Shown here one piece after another: positions 20,239-29,134 of a stretch of DNA of 64,000 nucleotides (position 1 is the stretch's first letter; the number at the start of each line of letters is the position of its first letter). Under the pieces are notes generated by a model. That model saw only the letters and a program-made list of their open reading frames with translations, did no database searches and had not been told where the DNA came from. Origin of the DNA: Nitrospirota bacterium (GTDB lineage: Bacteria > Nitrospirota > Thermodesulfovibrionia > Thermodesulfovibrionales > Dissulfurispiraceae); NCBI GenBank assembly GCA_963790025.1, contig CAWBMP010000004.1:1632001-1696000 (forward strand), written 5' to 3'. The position numbers were made by a program, and so were the translations under genes.

Positions 20239-20775
20239 CTACCTGCCTGTCAAAAGGTCAATAATCTTTTCTTTCATTTGAGGTGAGTCCCACGCCTGTT
20301 CGCCCATAATCTTTTCAACGATTACGCCTTTCCTGTCTATGATAAAAGTTGCCGGCAGTCCGATCACTGCATAGCTGTCGAAAAAAACTTCCTTGTTCTT
20401 GTCCATCAAAACGTGGAATGCCAGTTTTTTTTCAGATATGAAAGAAATCACGGGTTTTTCTGATAAGTCGACTGAAATTGCTATAACAGCAAGTCCCTTG
20501 TTTTTCAGTTCCAGAAAAAGCTTGTTGAGCGACGGCATCTCTGCTTTGCAGGGGCCGCATGATGTTGCCCAGAAATTAAGGATGACGACATCGCCTCTGA
20601 AATCGGAAAGGGAAACCTTTTTGCCGTAGACATCAGTAAGAGTGAAAGCAGGGGCAGCGGAACCTGGTATTTCAGCAAATGCATGTGTAACGATTAAATT
20701 AATTAAAAAGATGACAAGAAAGAAAATAAGAAAGAAAAAAATTACCTGCCTGATAGTCGGATAATTGAAATTCAC
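20239..20775 (-). CDS. TlpA/ResA-family thiol-disulfide oxidoreductase
   Basis: N-terminal TM segment, LNFWATSCGPCKAEMP, cis-Pro loop GLPATFIID. Confidence 0.93.
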   Translation of the reverse strand: MNFNYPTIRQVIFFFLIFFLVIFLINLIVTHAFAEIPGSAAPAFTLTDVYGKKVSLSDFRGDVVILNFWATSCGPCKAEMPSLNKLFLELKNKGLAVIAISVDLSEKPVISFISEKKLAFHVLMDKNKEVFFDSYAVIGLPATFIIDRKGVIVEKIMGEQAWDSPQMKEKIIDLLTGR

Positions 20776-20785
20776 AATATTGCCT

Positions 20786-20827
20786 CAATAAAATAGGGGA
20801 AGGAGCCGCACTGCGGCTTCTTCCCCT
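20786..20827 (-). terminator. Intrinsic terminator after the porin gene
   Basis: GC-rich hairpin AGGGGAAGAAGCCGCA-G-TGCGGCTCCTTCCCCT followed by ATTTTATT on the minus strand. Confidence 0.75.
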
Positions 20828-20836
20828 TAAAGGTGT

Positions 20837-22477
20837 TTAGAACACTACGTCAAAGGTCAAGTATATATCGCTCGCGTGCTTAAGCGGCGAAAACAGCTGT
20901 ATTGAGTTAACATTCAAACTACTTATGCTTTGAGAACCTCCTACCCAGTTATTGCTTCCCGTGTCAGAGAAGGAGTAATACTGGTACCCGAGTCTGAAAA
21001 AGGCGTTTCCTCTCTTTGCAATGGGTTTCTTATTGAGGCTCTGAATAACATATGCCTCATACACGCTGCCTCTTGCCCCGAGCTTGCTCGTCCACATATC
21101 ATCGCTTGCCGGAGTAAAGGTTATCCAATTCTTTGTGCCGTAATTATATTCCACCCCTATCTTTGTCCCCGTGCTTTTAATGTCATACCTTCCGCCGAGA
21201 TATACCGCCTCACCTGCATATGACTTCATTTGTACGCCGGTTTGACCAAACATAGGAGCATAAGTGTCCCACATCAGACCGTATTGGACGCTGCCCGCTG
21301 GGGCACCGAAAAGAGAGCTGAAATCTGTAAATCTGCCGTTGGGATGGGTCACGCTGACAGCGGGAGACAGGAAGAGGTTCAGGTCACCGATCCCGAGGTC
21401 GTTTATTTTACCCATAACTACAGCGCCGTATTGGTCTATGTCTCCTATATTTGCATTCGCAACGGAACCCTGGCGGGCACCGTTCGTACCAAAGATGTTA
21501 AAACTGTCGTTTTCCGGGAAAGCGAAGATATCAAGTGCCCTGTTCCACTGAACTTCAACGTGGAAATTATCAGTATCTATAGGCACAGCGTTGACCCCTA
21601 TGAGCCACACATCTTTCATTGTATTCGAGCTGCCACCGGTCCTGAACCCGCTGTCAAACCCTTTGCCGAAACAGAACTTTGCGTAAGCGCCGGGAAGGGC
21701 ATTGATATCAGGGGCATATCCTATGGTACCACCGTCAAATGCGTAATCAACTAACAGTCCCGGTGTGCCGGCTGTTCCATATTTTTCGGTGTTTTGCCTT
21801 AAATTGGTTGGAACGCCTCCTGTGGACGGTCTTCTACCGATAGAAAACCATAACGGCACACCGCCTATGTTGCTCCAGGATGCAAATGCCTGGTCAACCC
21901 TGAGAGTGTCGTCCTGCGGTATGTGCGCAGAATTGCCGTCAAACAAGTAAAACTTGTCGGCAGCGAATGCGCCGCCACCCTGAAGATTGCCTGCACCGAC
22001 CGGCGTCGAGTTTTCTTCGCCCCAGACTTTGTACATAAGCAGTCTGGCATGGACCAACACATCTTCGGTCGCCCTTGCAGTCAGGTTCAGGCCGAACCTG
22101 TTGGTAAGAATATTGTCGTTGGCGACGCTCTTTGAAGTCGGATTGACACCGAACAAAACTGAGTTGACAGGAAGAACTGTGCCGTTCAGCGAATCCATTC
22201 TCGCCCGGTAATCTCCACCGATCGAAAACCAGGAAGACGCTGCCACCTGCTCCTCGGTTTTCTTTTCCACATCCTCGGTCTTTTTTTCGACATTTGAAAT
22301 TCTTTCCTCTTTTGTTGTCTCTTTGTTCTGCATTTCGGTCATCTGCTGTTTCAAGAGCTCGAGTTGTTTTGAGAGCTCGTCGATCTTCTGCATAAGATCG
22401 TTTTGATCGGCAGCAAATGCCGGGAGCGGAAGCAAAAAGGACAGTGAAAGAAGTACTGCTAAAAACTTTTTCTTCAT
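20837..22477 (-). CDS. Outer-membrane beta-barrel porin (DUF3373-like)
   Basis: Signal peptide, N-terminal coiled coil, IGGDYRARMD, TNRFGLNL, FSIGRRPST, EYNYGTKNWITFT, C-terminal alternating LTFDVVF. Confidence 0.85.
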   Translation of the reverse strand: MKKKFLAVLLSLSFLLPLPAFAADQNDLMQKIDELSKQLELLKQQMTEMQNKETTKEERISNVEKKTEDVEKKTEEQVAASSWFSIGGDYRARMDSLNGTVLPVNSVLFGVNPTSKSVANDNILTNRFGLNLTARATEDVLVHARLLMYKVWGEENSTPVGAGNLQGGGAFAADKFYLFDGNSAHIPQDDTLRVDQAFASWSNIGGVPLWFSIGRRPSTGGVPTNLRQNTEKYGTAGTPGLLVDYAFDGGTIGYAPDINALPGAYAKFCFGKGFDSGFRTGGSSNTMKDVWLIGVNAVPIDTDNFHVEVQWNRALDIFAFPENDSFNIFGTNGARQGSVANANIGDIDQYGAVVMGKINDLGIGDLNLFLSPAVSVTHPNGRFTDFSSLFGAPAGSVQYGLMWDTYAPMFGQTGVQMKSYAGEAVYLGGRYDIKSTGTKIGVEYNYGTKNWITFTPASDDMWTSKLGARGSVYEAYVIQSLNKKPIAKRGNAFFRLGYQYYSFSDTGSNNWVGGSQSISSLNVNSIQLFSPLKHASDIYLTFDVVF

Positions 22478-22592
22478 ACCCGCACCTCCCCGGAAGTATA
22501 ATATTTCGGAAAGTTTAGAATATATGCAACTGATAAGTCAAGCACATTCTATACTTGCTTTTGTTTCATTTTTATTCGATAATTTTAATAGT

Positions 22593-24362
22593 GTGAAGGC
22601 GTATCATTATTTATTACTTGCTGTAGTTTTAATCGCACGGCCGGTTCATTCGTATGCGGAAGAAGTTTGCGTTATTTGCCATGGTAATGCCCTGATGATG
22701 CAGGCAGCCGGTTACCCGCAGTTTACTGTTACCGCCGCCGATATCTTGAGTCAGACCCACATGCCCGCAACCTGTACTGACTGTCATTTGGGGGACGGAA
22801 AGGCGGCGAACAAGGAGGATGCCCATAAGGGAATTCTTGTGGTGAAAGCTGTAAAGGATAGAACAGTCAAAGCGGTACCGAGGAGCGCAATGGGGCCCGG
22901 GGACATGAAAGAGTGGCCGGACCTCGAAGCAAGGGGCAATAATAGGGCAACCCTATTTCTCCCCAAGAGTTCTGTTAACGGAAGGCTCGTTGACAACCCT
23001 GATTACAGGCTCATCATCTGGCATGACAAGAACCCTGAAACACTCGCCTTCAATCCCGGCATAGCCGAAGAGACCTGCGGAAAGTGCCATGCCGATATAG
23101 TGAAGGACTTCCTGAAGTCCCCTATGGGCGGGGGCACGGGCGCACACACCCAAAGTCAATACAAGGCATGGACCGGTCCCACAGGTCCCCAGAGTTGCGG
23201 CTTGTGGGTGGGTTCGCTTTCAAAGCCTGACCAGGATTCATTTAATGACGAAAACATGAAGCACTATAATCGGCATTCAACAATGCCCATGAACGAAAAG
23301 TCGGCCTATAATAGCCAGAAGAAGTGCAACCAGTGCCATGTCGGATGTCTCGACTGCCATTACAAGCCCCCCCATACTTTTCTCAGAAAGCCGGCGCCTC
23401 TCTCCTGTTACGGCGGAGGCAAATCATTCAGCTGTCATGCCGGCCCCCTTGAGAGGAGACGGGGTGACGGTTATTTCAGGGCCGAGTTCACCCAGTCTAC
23501 GCCTCAAGGCACCAAGATATTGAATAACGTTGCGGACGTTCATATGCAGAAAGGCGTGACGTGCACAGATTGTCACGAGCCGAACAGGAAATCGGGTTTT
23601 CATGCCGATGTGAAAAGGGACGTGAACTGCGAAAAGTGCCATGCAGAGGTTGTCAGGGCCAATGAGATGGGAGCTCATAAACATGTGGATTGTGCCTCCT
23701 GCCATACCGCCTTGGTGGGGGGCTATGCATTCAATTTCTGGTCTGCTGTGGGTCCAAAGGGAAATGAGAACCCCCTTACCAGGATTCAAGACTATCTTGT
23801 CGAAGCTATGAGTCCCATTATCATAAAGAACCCGATGGGAGTATGGGTCCCGGTTCATGTGCTTCCGCATACATCGGGCAATGTAAAAGCGGGAGAAGTG
23901 AGACTGTCGGACAGGCTCCTCTTCAGGAACAGGCCCGACTCTGATATTGACAGACTTTATTTTTCCAATGACTCTTATGCGATTACCGGCCTGGTAAGGA
24001 ACCTCGATGACAAAGACCACGATACAATGGTCTGGCTTAATCTCGACAAAGTTGCCCATGGAACTGGCAAGGCAAGGGGCTGCGAAAGCTGCCACGCATC
24101 CACAGCCCAGAAAATCCGGGTGAAATTCAGCGGAGGCTCCTACAAGGATGTTGAGGATGGAGAATACACGATCATCGCGGACGGGAAGGGCCTCAGGGTT
24201 GTGGACTTCAGGGCTGCCGGAGAAGGGACCGCACCGAAAGGTCTCGGGGCGTTTAAGGACAAGTGGGACCTAGCAGGAGACTTTGCCCTGCCTGCTCTCA
24301 AGGACAAAAAAATCTATGACCGAATGAGGAAAAAATATGAAGAGGGAAAATTTGCGCACTGA
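22593..24362 (+). CDS. Periplasmic multiheme cytochrome c (9 CxxCH plus one CX8CH)
   Basis: CVICH, CTDCH, CGKCH, CNQCH, CLDCH, CTDCH, CEKCH, CASCH, CESCH and CYGGGKSFSCH; signal peptide from GTG 22593 (ORF-track start is 22524). Confidence 0.9.
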   Translation: MKAYHYLLLAVVLIARPVHSYAEEVCVICHGNALMMQAAGYPQFTVTAADILSQTHMPATCTDCHLGDGKAANKEDAHKGILVVKAVKDRTVKAVPRSAMGPGDMKEWPDLEARGNNRATLFLPKSSVNGRLVDNPDYRLIIWHDKNPETLAFNPGIAEETCGKCHADIVKDFLKSPMGGGTGAHTQSQYKAWTGPTGPQSCGLWVGSLSKPDQDSFNDENMKHYNRHSTMPMNEKSAYNSQKKCNQCHVGCLDCHYKPPHTFLRKPAPLSCYGGGKSFSCHAGPLERRRGDGYFRAEFTQSTPQGTKILNNVADVHMQKGVTCTDCHEPNRKSGFHADVKRDVNCEKCHAEVVRANEMGAHKHVDCASCHTALVGGYAFNFWSAVGPKGNENPLTRIQDYLVEAMSPIIIKNPMGVWVPVHVLPHTSGNVKAGEVRLSDRLLFRNRPDSDIDRLYFSNDSYAITGLVRNLDDKDHDTMVWLNLDKVAHGTGKARGCESCHASTAQKIRVKFSGGSYKDVEDGEYTIIADGKGLRVVDFRAAGEGTAPKGLGAFKDKWDLAGDFALPALKDKKIYDRMRKKYEEGKFAH

Positions 24363-24660
24363 GGGCCGGCTTACAGTCTTGATGTTTTTGGCAGCGTTAT
24401 TTTTGATTGTTTTTACCGGTCCAGCGTTGGCAGAGGAACGGGTAAACGGCATACTGAAGAGCATAGACCTTAAGACGAATACAGCGGTAGTCGTCAGTTA
24501 CGAGGGAGCGGAAATTCCTATTGCCGTAGAAGATGAAGTCACCCTGGCAAAGCTGAGAGACAGAAGGATCAGGATTGATGACGATGTGAAAGTCAGGTAC
24601 GAGAAGGTCGGAGGCAAAAACGTCTCGACTTATTTCAGAAGGCTACTGGGTTGTTTTTAG
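24337..24660 (+). CDS. Small secreted beta-rich (OB-fold-like) protein with C-terminal GCF
   Basis: Signal peptide ending ALA-E; G..KSID....V..V and DDVKVRY pattern; overlaps the cytochrome stop, so probably co-translated. Confidence 0.7.
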   Translation: MKRENLRTEGRLTVLMFLAALFLIVFTGPALAEERVNGILKSIDLKTNTAVVVSYEGAEIPIAVEDEVTLAKLRDRRIRIDDDVKVRYEKVGGKNVSTYFRRLLGCF

Positions 24661-24985
24661 AATTTAACAAAGAGGCCATTTTCCCGCTCTCAGTCAGGAG
24701 TTCGGACAGCACTTCTCTCATAAGACCGCAAGCCTGGATCACCTTGGGGTTAGCGACGCTATAATAAATATTAACGCCTTCTCTTCTGCTGTTCAATATA
24801 CCCTTAATCCTCATTACAGCGAGGTGCTGCGAGACGTTTGCCTTGGATATACCAAGGATCTCTATAAGCTCGGTCACGGACTTTTCTCCGCCCTTCAACG
24901 TGGCGAGGATTTCTATCCTTACAGGGCTGGCCAGCGTCTTGCAAATCTCAGCCTGCAATTCATAAATAGATTTATGTTTTTTCAT
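24635..24985 (-). CDS. ArsR/SmtB-family transcriptional repressor
   Basis: LASPVRIEIL, EKSVTEL, ANVSQHLAVMR, RREGVNIYYS; Cys in helix 1 (EICK) and the last helix (QACG). Confidence 0.93.
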   Translation of the reverse strand: MKKHKSIYELQAEICKTLASPVRIEILATLKGGEKSVTELIEILGISKANVSQHLAVMRIKGILNSRREGVNIYYSVANPKVIQACGLMREVLSELLTESGKMASLLNSKNNPVAF

Positions 24986-25122
24986 ATATCATTAAATTCT
25001 ATTGATTCCCCACGTGAAAAGTCAACGTTACCATTTTTACGCGCCCGTCTTTTCTTTGGCCTTTTGGCAGCAACCTTTTGCCTGGTTTTGCCTTTTTTCT
25101 TTCGCTTGATATAAAATGAGCC

Positions 25123-25614
25123 ATGGAATTGTTCCGGGAGATTAGAGCATTTTATATCAGGTTGCCATACGTATACAAAAAGATCAGCCAGGATATGACC
25201 GACAGGTTATGGAACCTTGCAAAAGAGAATTCGATCAGCACTATCGATATCACAAAAGAAAACGAGGTGCTGATTCATGCAGAAATAGATTTCTCGCTTG
25301 AGAACTGGAATGATGCGATAAGTTACTTGCGCTCCGCGATCACGCTCCTTAATGTTAAAAACGGCTATATTGCGGTGCGGAAGATTGAAGCATCCGACAA
25401 TGCCCTGAAGACCGAAATCGAAGGATATAAAGTAACGAACAGGGGCGTCTATAATGCCGAGATGCCGGAATCTCCCGATTTCATTGAGGACATTATAAGG
25501 CTTTCAGGAAGGAACAAAAAGCTTCAGCAGATTGATGCCATGGAAAAGCTCTTCAGGTTTATCGAGGAACAGGAAAAAGACGGCAGAGACGACGAGTCAA
25601 AATTTGAATGTTGA
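25123..25614 (+). CDS. Hypothetical protein
   Basis: 163-aa ORF filling the gap with normal composition; no recognisable motif. Confidence 0.65.
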   Translation: MELFREIRAFYIRLPYVYKKISQDMTDRLWNLAKENSISTIDITKENEVLIHAEIDFSLENWNDAISYLRSAITLLNVKNGYIAVRKIEASDNALKTEIEGYKVTNRGVYNAEMPESPDFIEDIIRLSGRNKKLQQIDAMEKLFRFIEEQEKDGRDDESKFEC

Positions 25615-25676
25615 ATTTTTGGTACTTTCCATTAATTCAATGTTTGCTATTTAGCATTCAACCTTTAACATTTCCA
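25597..25676. repeat. Two-armed heptamer-periodic repeat element
   Basis: AAAATTT-GAATGTT-GAATTTT; right arm reverse complement AAATGTT-AAAGGTT-GAATGCT-AAATAGC-AAACATT-GAATTAA. Confidence 0.65.
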
Positions 25677-25684
25677 ATCCTTCT

Positions 25685-27392
25685 ATGTACTCCATAACAA
25701 AAAGAGAGATAGAAATCATTCTGGACTCTACTCATGACGGGATGATTGCCGTCAATGAAGCCGGCATAGTGACCCTTTTCAACAGGGCTGCCGAGAGAAT
25801 CACCGGATTGCGTGCAAATGCCGTCATCGGGCGCCTGGCTGTTGACGGTATTCCCAATACCAGGCTTCACCTTGTTCTGTCCAGCGGAGAACCTGAACTG
25901 AACCAGCAGCAAAACATTGGAGATACCCTGATTATAACCAGCAGGGTCCCCGTACGTAATGAAGAAGGACAAATAGTCGGGGCAGTGGCGGTTTTCCGTG
26001 ACATAACAGAAATTAAAAGTCTTGCCGGACAGGTTTCCGACCTGTGGAAGGTGAGGAGCCTTCTCGAGGCGATAATCGAGGCAACCCGGGATGCTATTTC
26101 CGTGGCAGACGAGAAGGGGAATAACTTTATTGTCAATTCTGCCTATACCCGCATCACAGGACTTCCCAGGGATGCTGTGATTAACAAGCCGGTCACTGTT
26201 GACATTGCCGAAGGAGAGAGCATGCATATGAAAGTGCTCCAGACCGGCAAGCCCGTTCATAATGTGCGAATGAAAGTGGGCCCGGCTAAAAAAGAAGTGA
26301 TCGTGAATGTCGCCCCGATTTTTATCGACGGGAAAATCCGCGGCAGCGTAGGAGTGATTCAGGATATAACGGAAATTATTGCCCTGAATGAAGAACTTTC
26401 AAAAACAAAAAGGTTGCTCCGCCATTTGGAAGCGCGTTATAAATGGGAGGACATTATCGGTGACAGCCTGGTCCTGCAGAGGGCAAAGGAACAGGCCAAA
26501 ATGGCTGCTGAAACACCTGCCACGGTCCTTTTAAGAGGAGAGAGCGGGACGGGTAAGGAACTCTTTGCCCATGCTATTCATAACGCGAGCCCGAGGAAGA
26601 AGGGACAGTTTGTAAGGGTCAATTGTGCTGCCATAGCGGAGAACCTCCTGGAGAGCGAATTATTCGGCTACGAAGAGGGCGCTTTCACCGGGGCCATGAA
26701 GGGGGGCAAGAGGGGACTTTTTGAAGAGGCGATCGGTGGAACTATCTTCCTCGATGAGATAGGAGATATAAGCAGTAACCTCCAGAGCAAGCTTCTTGAG
26801 AGTCCTCCAGGAAAAGGAAATTATCCGCGTCGGGGCGACGCGATCTGTACCTATTGATGTGAGGGTAATTTCTGCAACAAATGCAAACCTGGAACAAAAA
26901 GTCCGTTCAGGGACCTTCAGGGAAGACCTTTACTACCGTCTGAATGTCATCCCGATCCACATACCGGTCCTGAGGGAGCATAAAGAGGACATAAAACCAC
27001 TGGCAGAACATATAATCATTAAACTCAACCAGGAATTCGGTCGGACTGTGCAAGAGATATCGGATGCAGCCCTTCATGCCCTTGCTGGTTATGATTGGCC
27101 CGGCAATGTCCGGGAACTCAAAAATGTGCTCGGGAGGGCCATGATTACCATGCGTCCACAGGATACTATTTTAGAATTGAAGCACCTGCCGCTTTTGACC
27201 GGCGAAAAAATAATCAGCCAATCGCTTTCCGTTCAGCCTCAACCCCTCGGTAAGGTCATTGCAGAAACGGAACGGGCTGTCGTTGCACAGGCACTTCTGG
27301 AAACAAAAGGCAACCGCACAAAAGCCGCCGCATTATTGGAGATCTCGATGCGCACGCTGTTTTACAAGATAGAGAAATACGGGCTCAAATGA
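25685..27392 (+). pseudogene. PAS-PAS-AAA+-HTH sigma54-dependent activator (BkdR/RocR-like) split by a +1 frameshift near 26797 (pseudogene or sequencing error)
   Basis: [29 protein letters not shown] in 25685-26857; [27 protein letters not shown] and a Fis HTH in 26796-27392; AAG CTT CTTG AGA GTC carries one extra base. Confidence 0.9.
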
Positions 27393-27398
27393 TCTTTA

Positions 27399-27442
27399 GG
27401 TAGTGGGTCAGTTTGTTTTTGCCCCGGCTCAATCCCACTACC
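27399..27442. mobile_element. Collapsed 44-bp derivative of the MITE at 42495
   Basis: GGTAGTGGGTCAGTTTGTTTTTGC is identical to 42495-42518; ends in CCCACTACC, the reverse complement of the terminus. Confidence 0.75.
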
Positions 27443-27546
27443 AGCCTATTGACATCCATTCAATTCGGCTCTATATTTTCAATTATATTAGGCCTCATGC
27501 AAAAGTCTTAAAAACCAAACAGATCAGAAATTGCAAGGAGCGCAAA

Positions 27547-29118
27547 ATGTTTCATGAAAGCAGACTGTGGTTCGTCGCGCTCATCAGTATTTCCCTCCTG
27601 TCCGGATGTGTCAGTGTGGGACCTGATTTCCACCGGCCCGAGACCGTGGTTTCGCCGAACTGGATGGAAGCTGGAGACGAACGGGTGCGCAGCGGTCCAG
27701 CTGACTACCGCGAATGGTGGAAGGCATTCAACGACCCGGTTCTGGACCGTATCATTGACCGTGCGTACAGGGGAAACCTCACGCTCAGGATTGCAGGGCT
27801 GCATGTACTGGAAGCCAGGGCCCAACTCGGCATTGCCATAGGAAGTATATTCCCTCAAACCCAGCAGGCTTCAGGTTCGGCCCAGCGCGTCCGTACGAGT
27901 GAGTCCGCCCCCCAGGCCTTTCCTTCGATCGTATACTCCGAAGCTCAAATCGGACTGAACGCCAGTTGGGAACTCGACTTTTGGGGGAGGTTCAGACGCG
28001 GGATCGAGTCAGCCAATGCCGGTTGGCTTGCAACTATAGCCGATTACGACAATGCCATGGTAAGCCTTACAGCAGATGTTGCCGATTCTTACATAACTAT
28101 CAGGACACTCGAAAAACGGATCGCCATTGCCCGTGAAAATGTGGAAACCCAGGAAGAGAGTCTGAAGATCGCAGAGGCCCGGTTTCACTCAGGCATAGTC
28201 TCGCAGTTGGATGTGGAGCAGGCCAAAACGGTCCTCAATAATACTTTTGCTTCCATTCCTTCCCTTGAAACCCAGTTGAGACAGCAAAAGAATGCCCTTT
28301 GCGTGTTGCTCGGTTCGGCGCCGGGCGACCTGACAGCGGTCCTCGAAGGCGCTTCAGAGATACCCGTTTCTCCGTCCCAGGTCGTGGTTGGTGTCCCTAC
28401 TGATCTGCTTCGCCGCCGCCCGGATATCCGCAGCGCTGAGTACCAGGCAGAGGCACAATCAGCGCAAATCGGTGTGGCCAAAGCAGACCTCTATCCGGCT
28501 TTCTCACTTAGCGGGATGTTTGGTTTTCTCTCAAGCGATGTCGGGAGTTCTGCTCTTGCCGACATATTTAAATGGAAAAGCCGCACGTACCAGTTCGGGC
28601 CATCTTTCGAGTGGAATATTTTCAATTATGGCCGGATCACTAACAATGTCCGTCTGCAGGACGCCCGGTTCCAGGAGTTGCTTATTACGTATCAGAACGC
28701 GGTGCTGAAAGCGCAACAGGAAGTGGAGGACAACATGGTTGCTTTCCTGAGGGCCCAGGAACGTGCCCGCTATTTGTCCCTTAGCACTGCAGCCGCCAGG
28801 AATGCCCTTGATCTCGCTGTCAAACAATATCGGCAAGGCATAAGGGACTTTACTACTGTGCTGGTGGCCCAACAGAGTCTTTTGAATGAGCAGGACAACC
28901 TGGCTGTTACCCTGGGCAGTATTTCCAGCGGGCTGGTTGGAGTCTACAGGTCCCTGGGCGGAGGCTGGGAAATTCGTGAAGGCAAGGATTTGGTGCCGCC
29001 CGCTATCAAAGAGGAAATGGCGAAACGTACTGACTGGGGTGAATTGCTCGCACCCGCATCATATAATCGGCCTGTATTGACCGAGCCTAAGCCATCAATC
29101 CGGCCCCCGGACTGGTAA
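27547..29118 (+). CDS. RND efflux outer-membrane lipoprotein (NodT/OprM family)
   Basis: Lipobox LSGC, VGPDF, WWKAFNDPVL, ASWELDFWGRFRR, LLRRRPDIRSAE, YRSLGGGW. Confidence 0.95.
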   Translation: MFHESRLWFVALISISLLSGCVSVGPDFHRPETVVSPNWMEAGDERVRSGPADYREWWKAFNDPVLDRIIDRAYRGNLTLRIAGLHVLEARAQLGIAIGSIFPQTQQASGSAQRVRTSESAPQAFPSIVYSEAQIGLNASWELDFWGRFRRGIESANAGWLATIADYDNAMVSLTADVADSYITIRTLEKRIAIARENVETQEESLKIAEARFHSGIVSQLDVEQAKTVLNNTFASIPSLETQLRQQKNALCVLLGSAPGDLTAVLEGASEIPVSPSQVVVGVPTDLLRRRPDIRSAEYQAEAQSAQIGVAKADLYPAFSLSGMFGFLSSDVGSSALADIFKWKSRTYQFGPSFEWNIFNYGRITNNVRLQDARFQELLITYQNAVLKAQQEVEDNMVAFLRAQERARYLSLSTAAARNALDLAVKQYRQGIRDFTTVLVAQQSLLNEQDNLAVTLGSISSGLVGVYRSLGGGWEIREGKDLVPPAIKEEMAKRTDWGELLAPASYNRPVLTEPKPSIRPPDW

Positions 29119-29134
29119 CAATTTTGGAGGTGAA

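Noticed and set aside
25006..25021. parS-like word around CACGTGAAA, and GGTTCCACGTAGGAAA near 16267
   Set aside because: Only half-site matches to the TGTTTCACGTGAAACA palindrome; symmetry is broken
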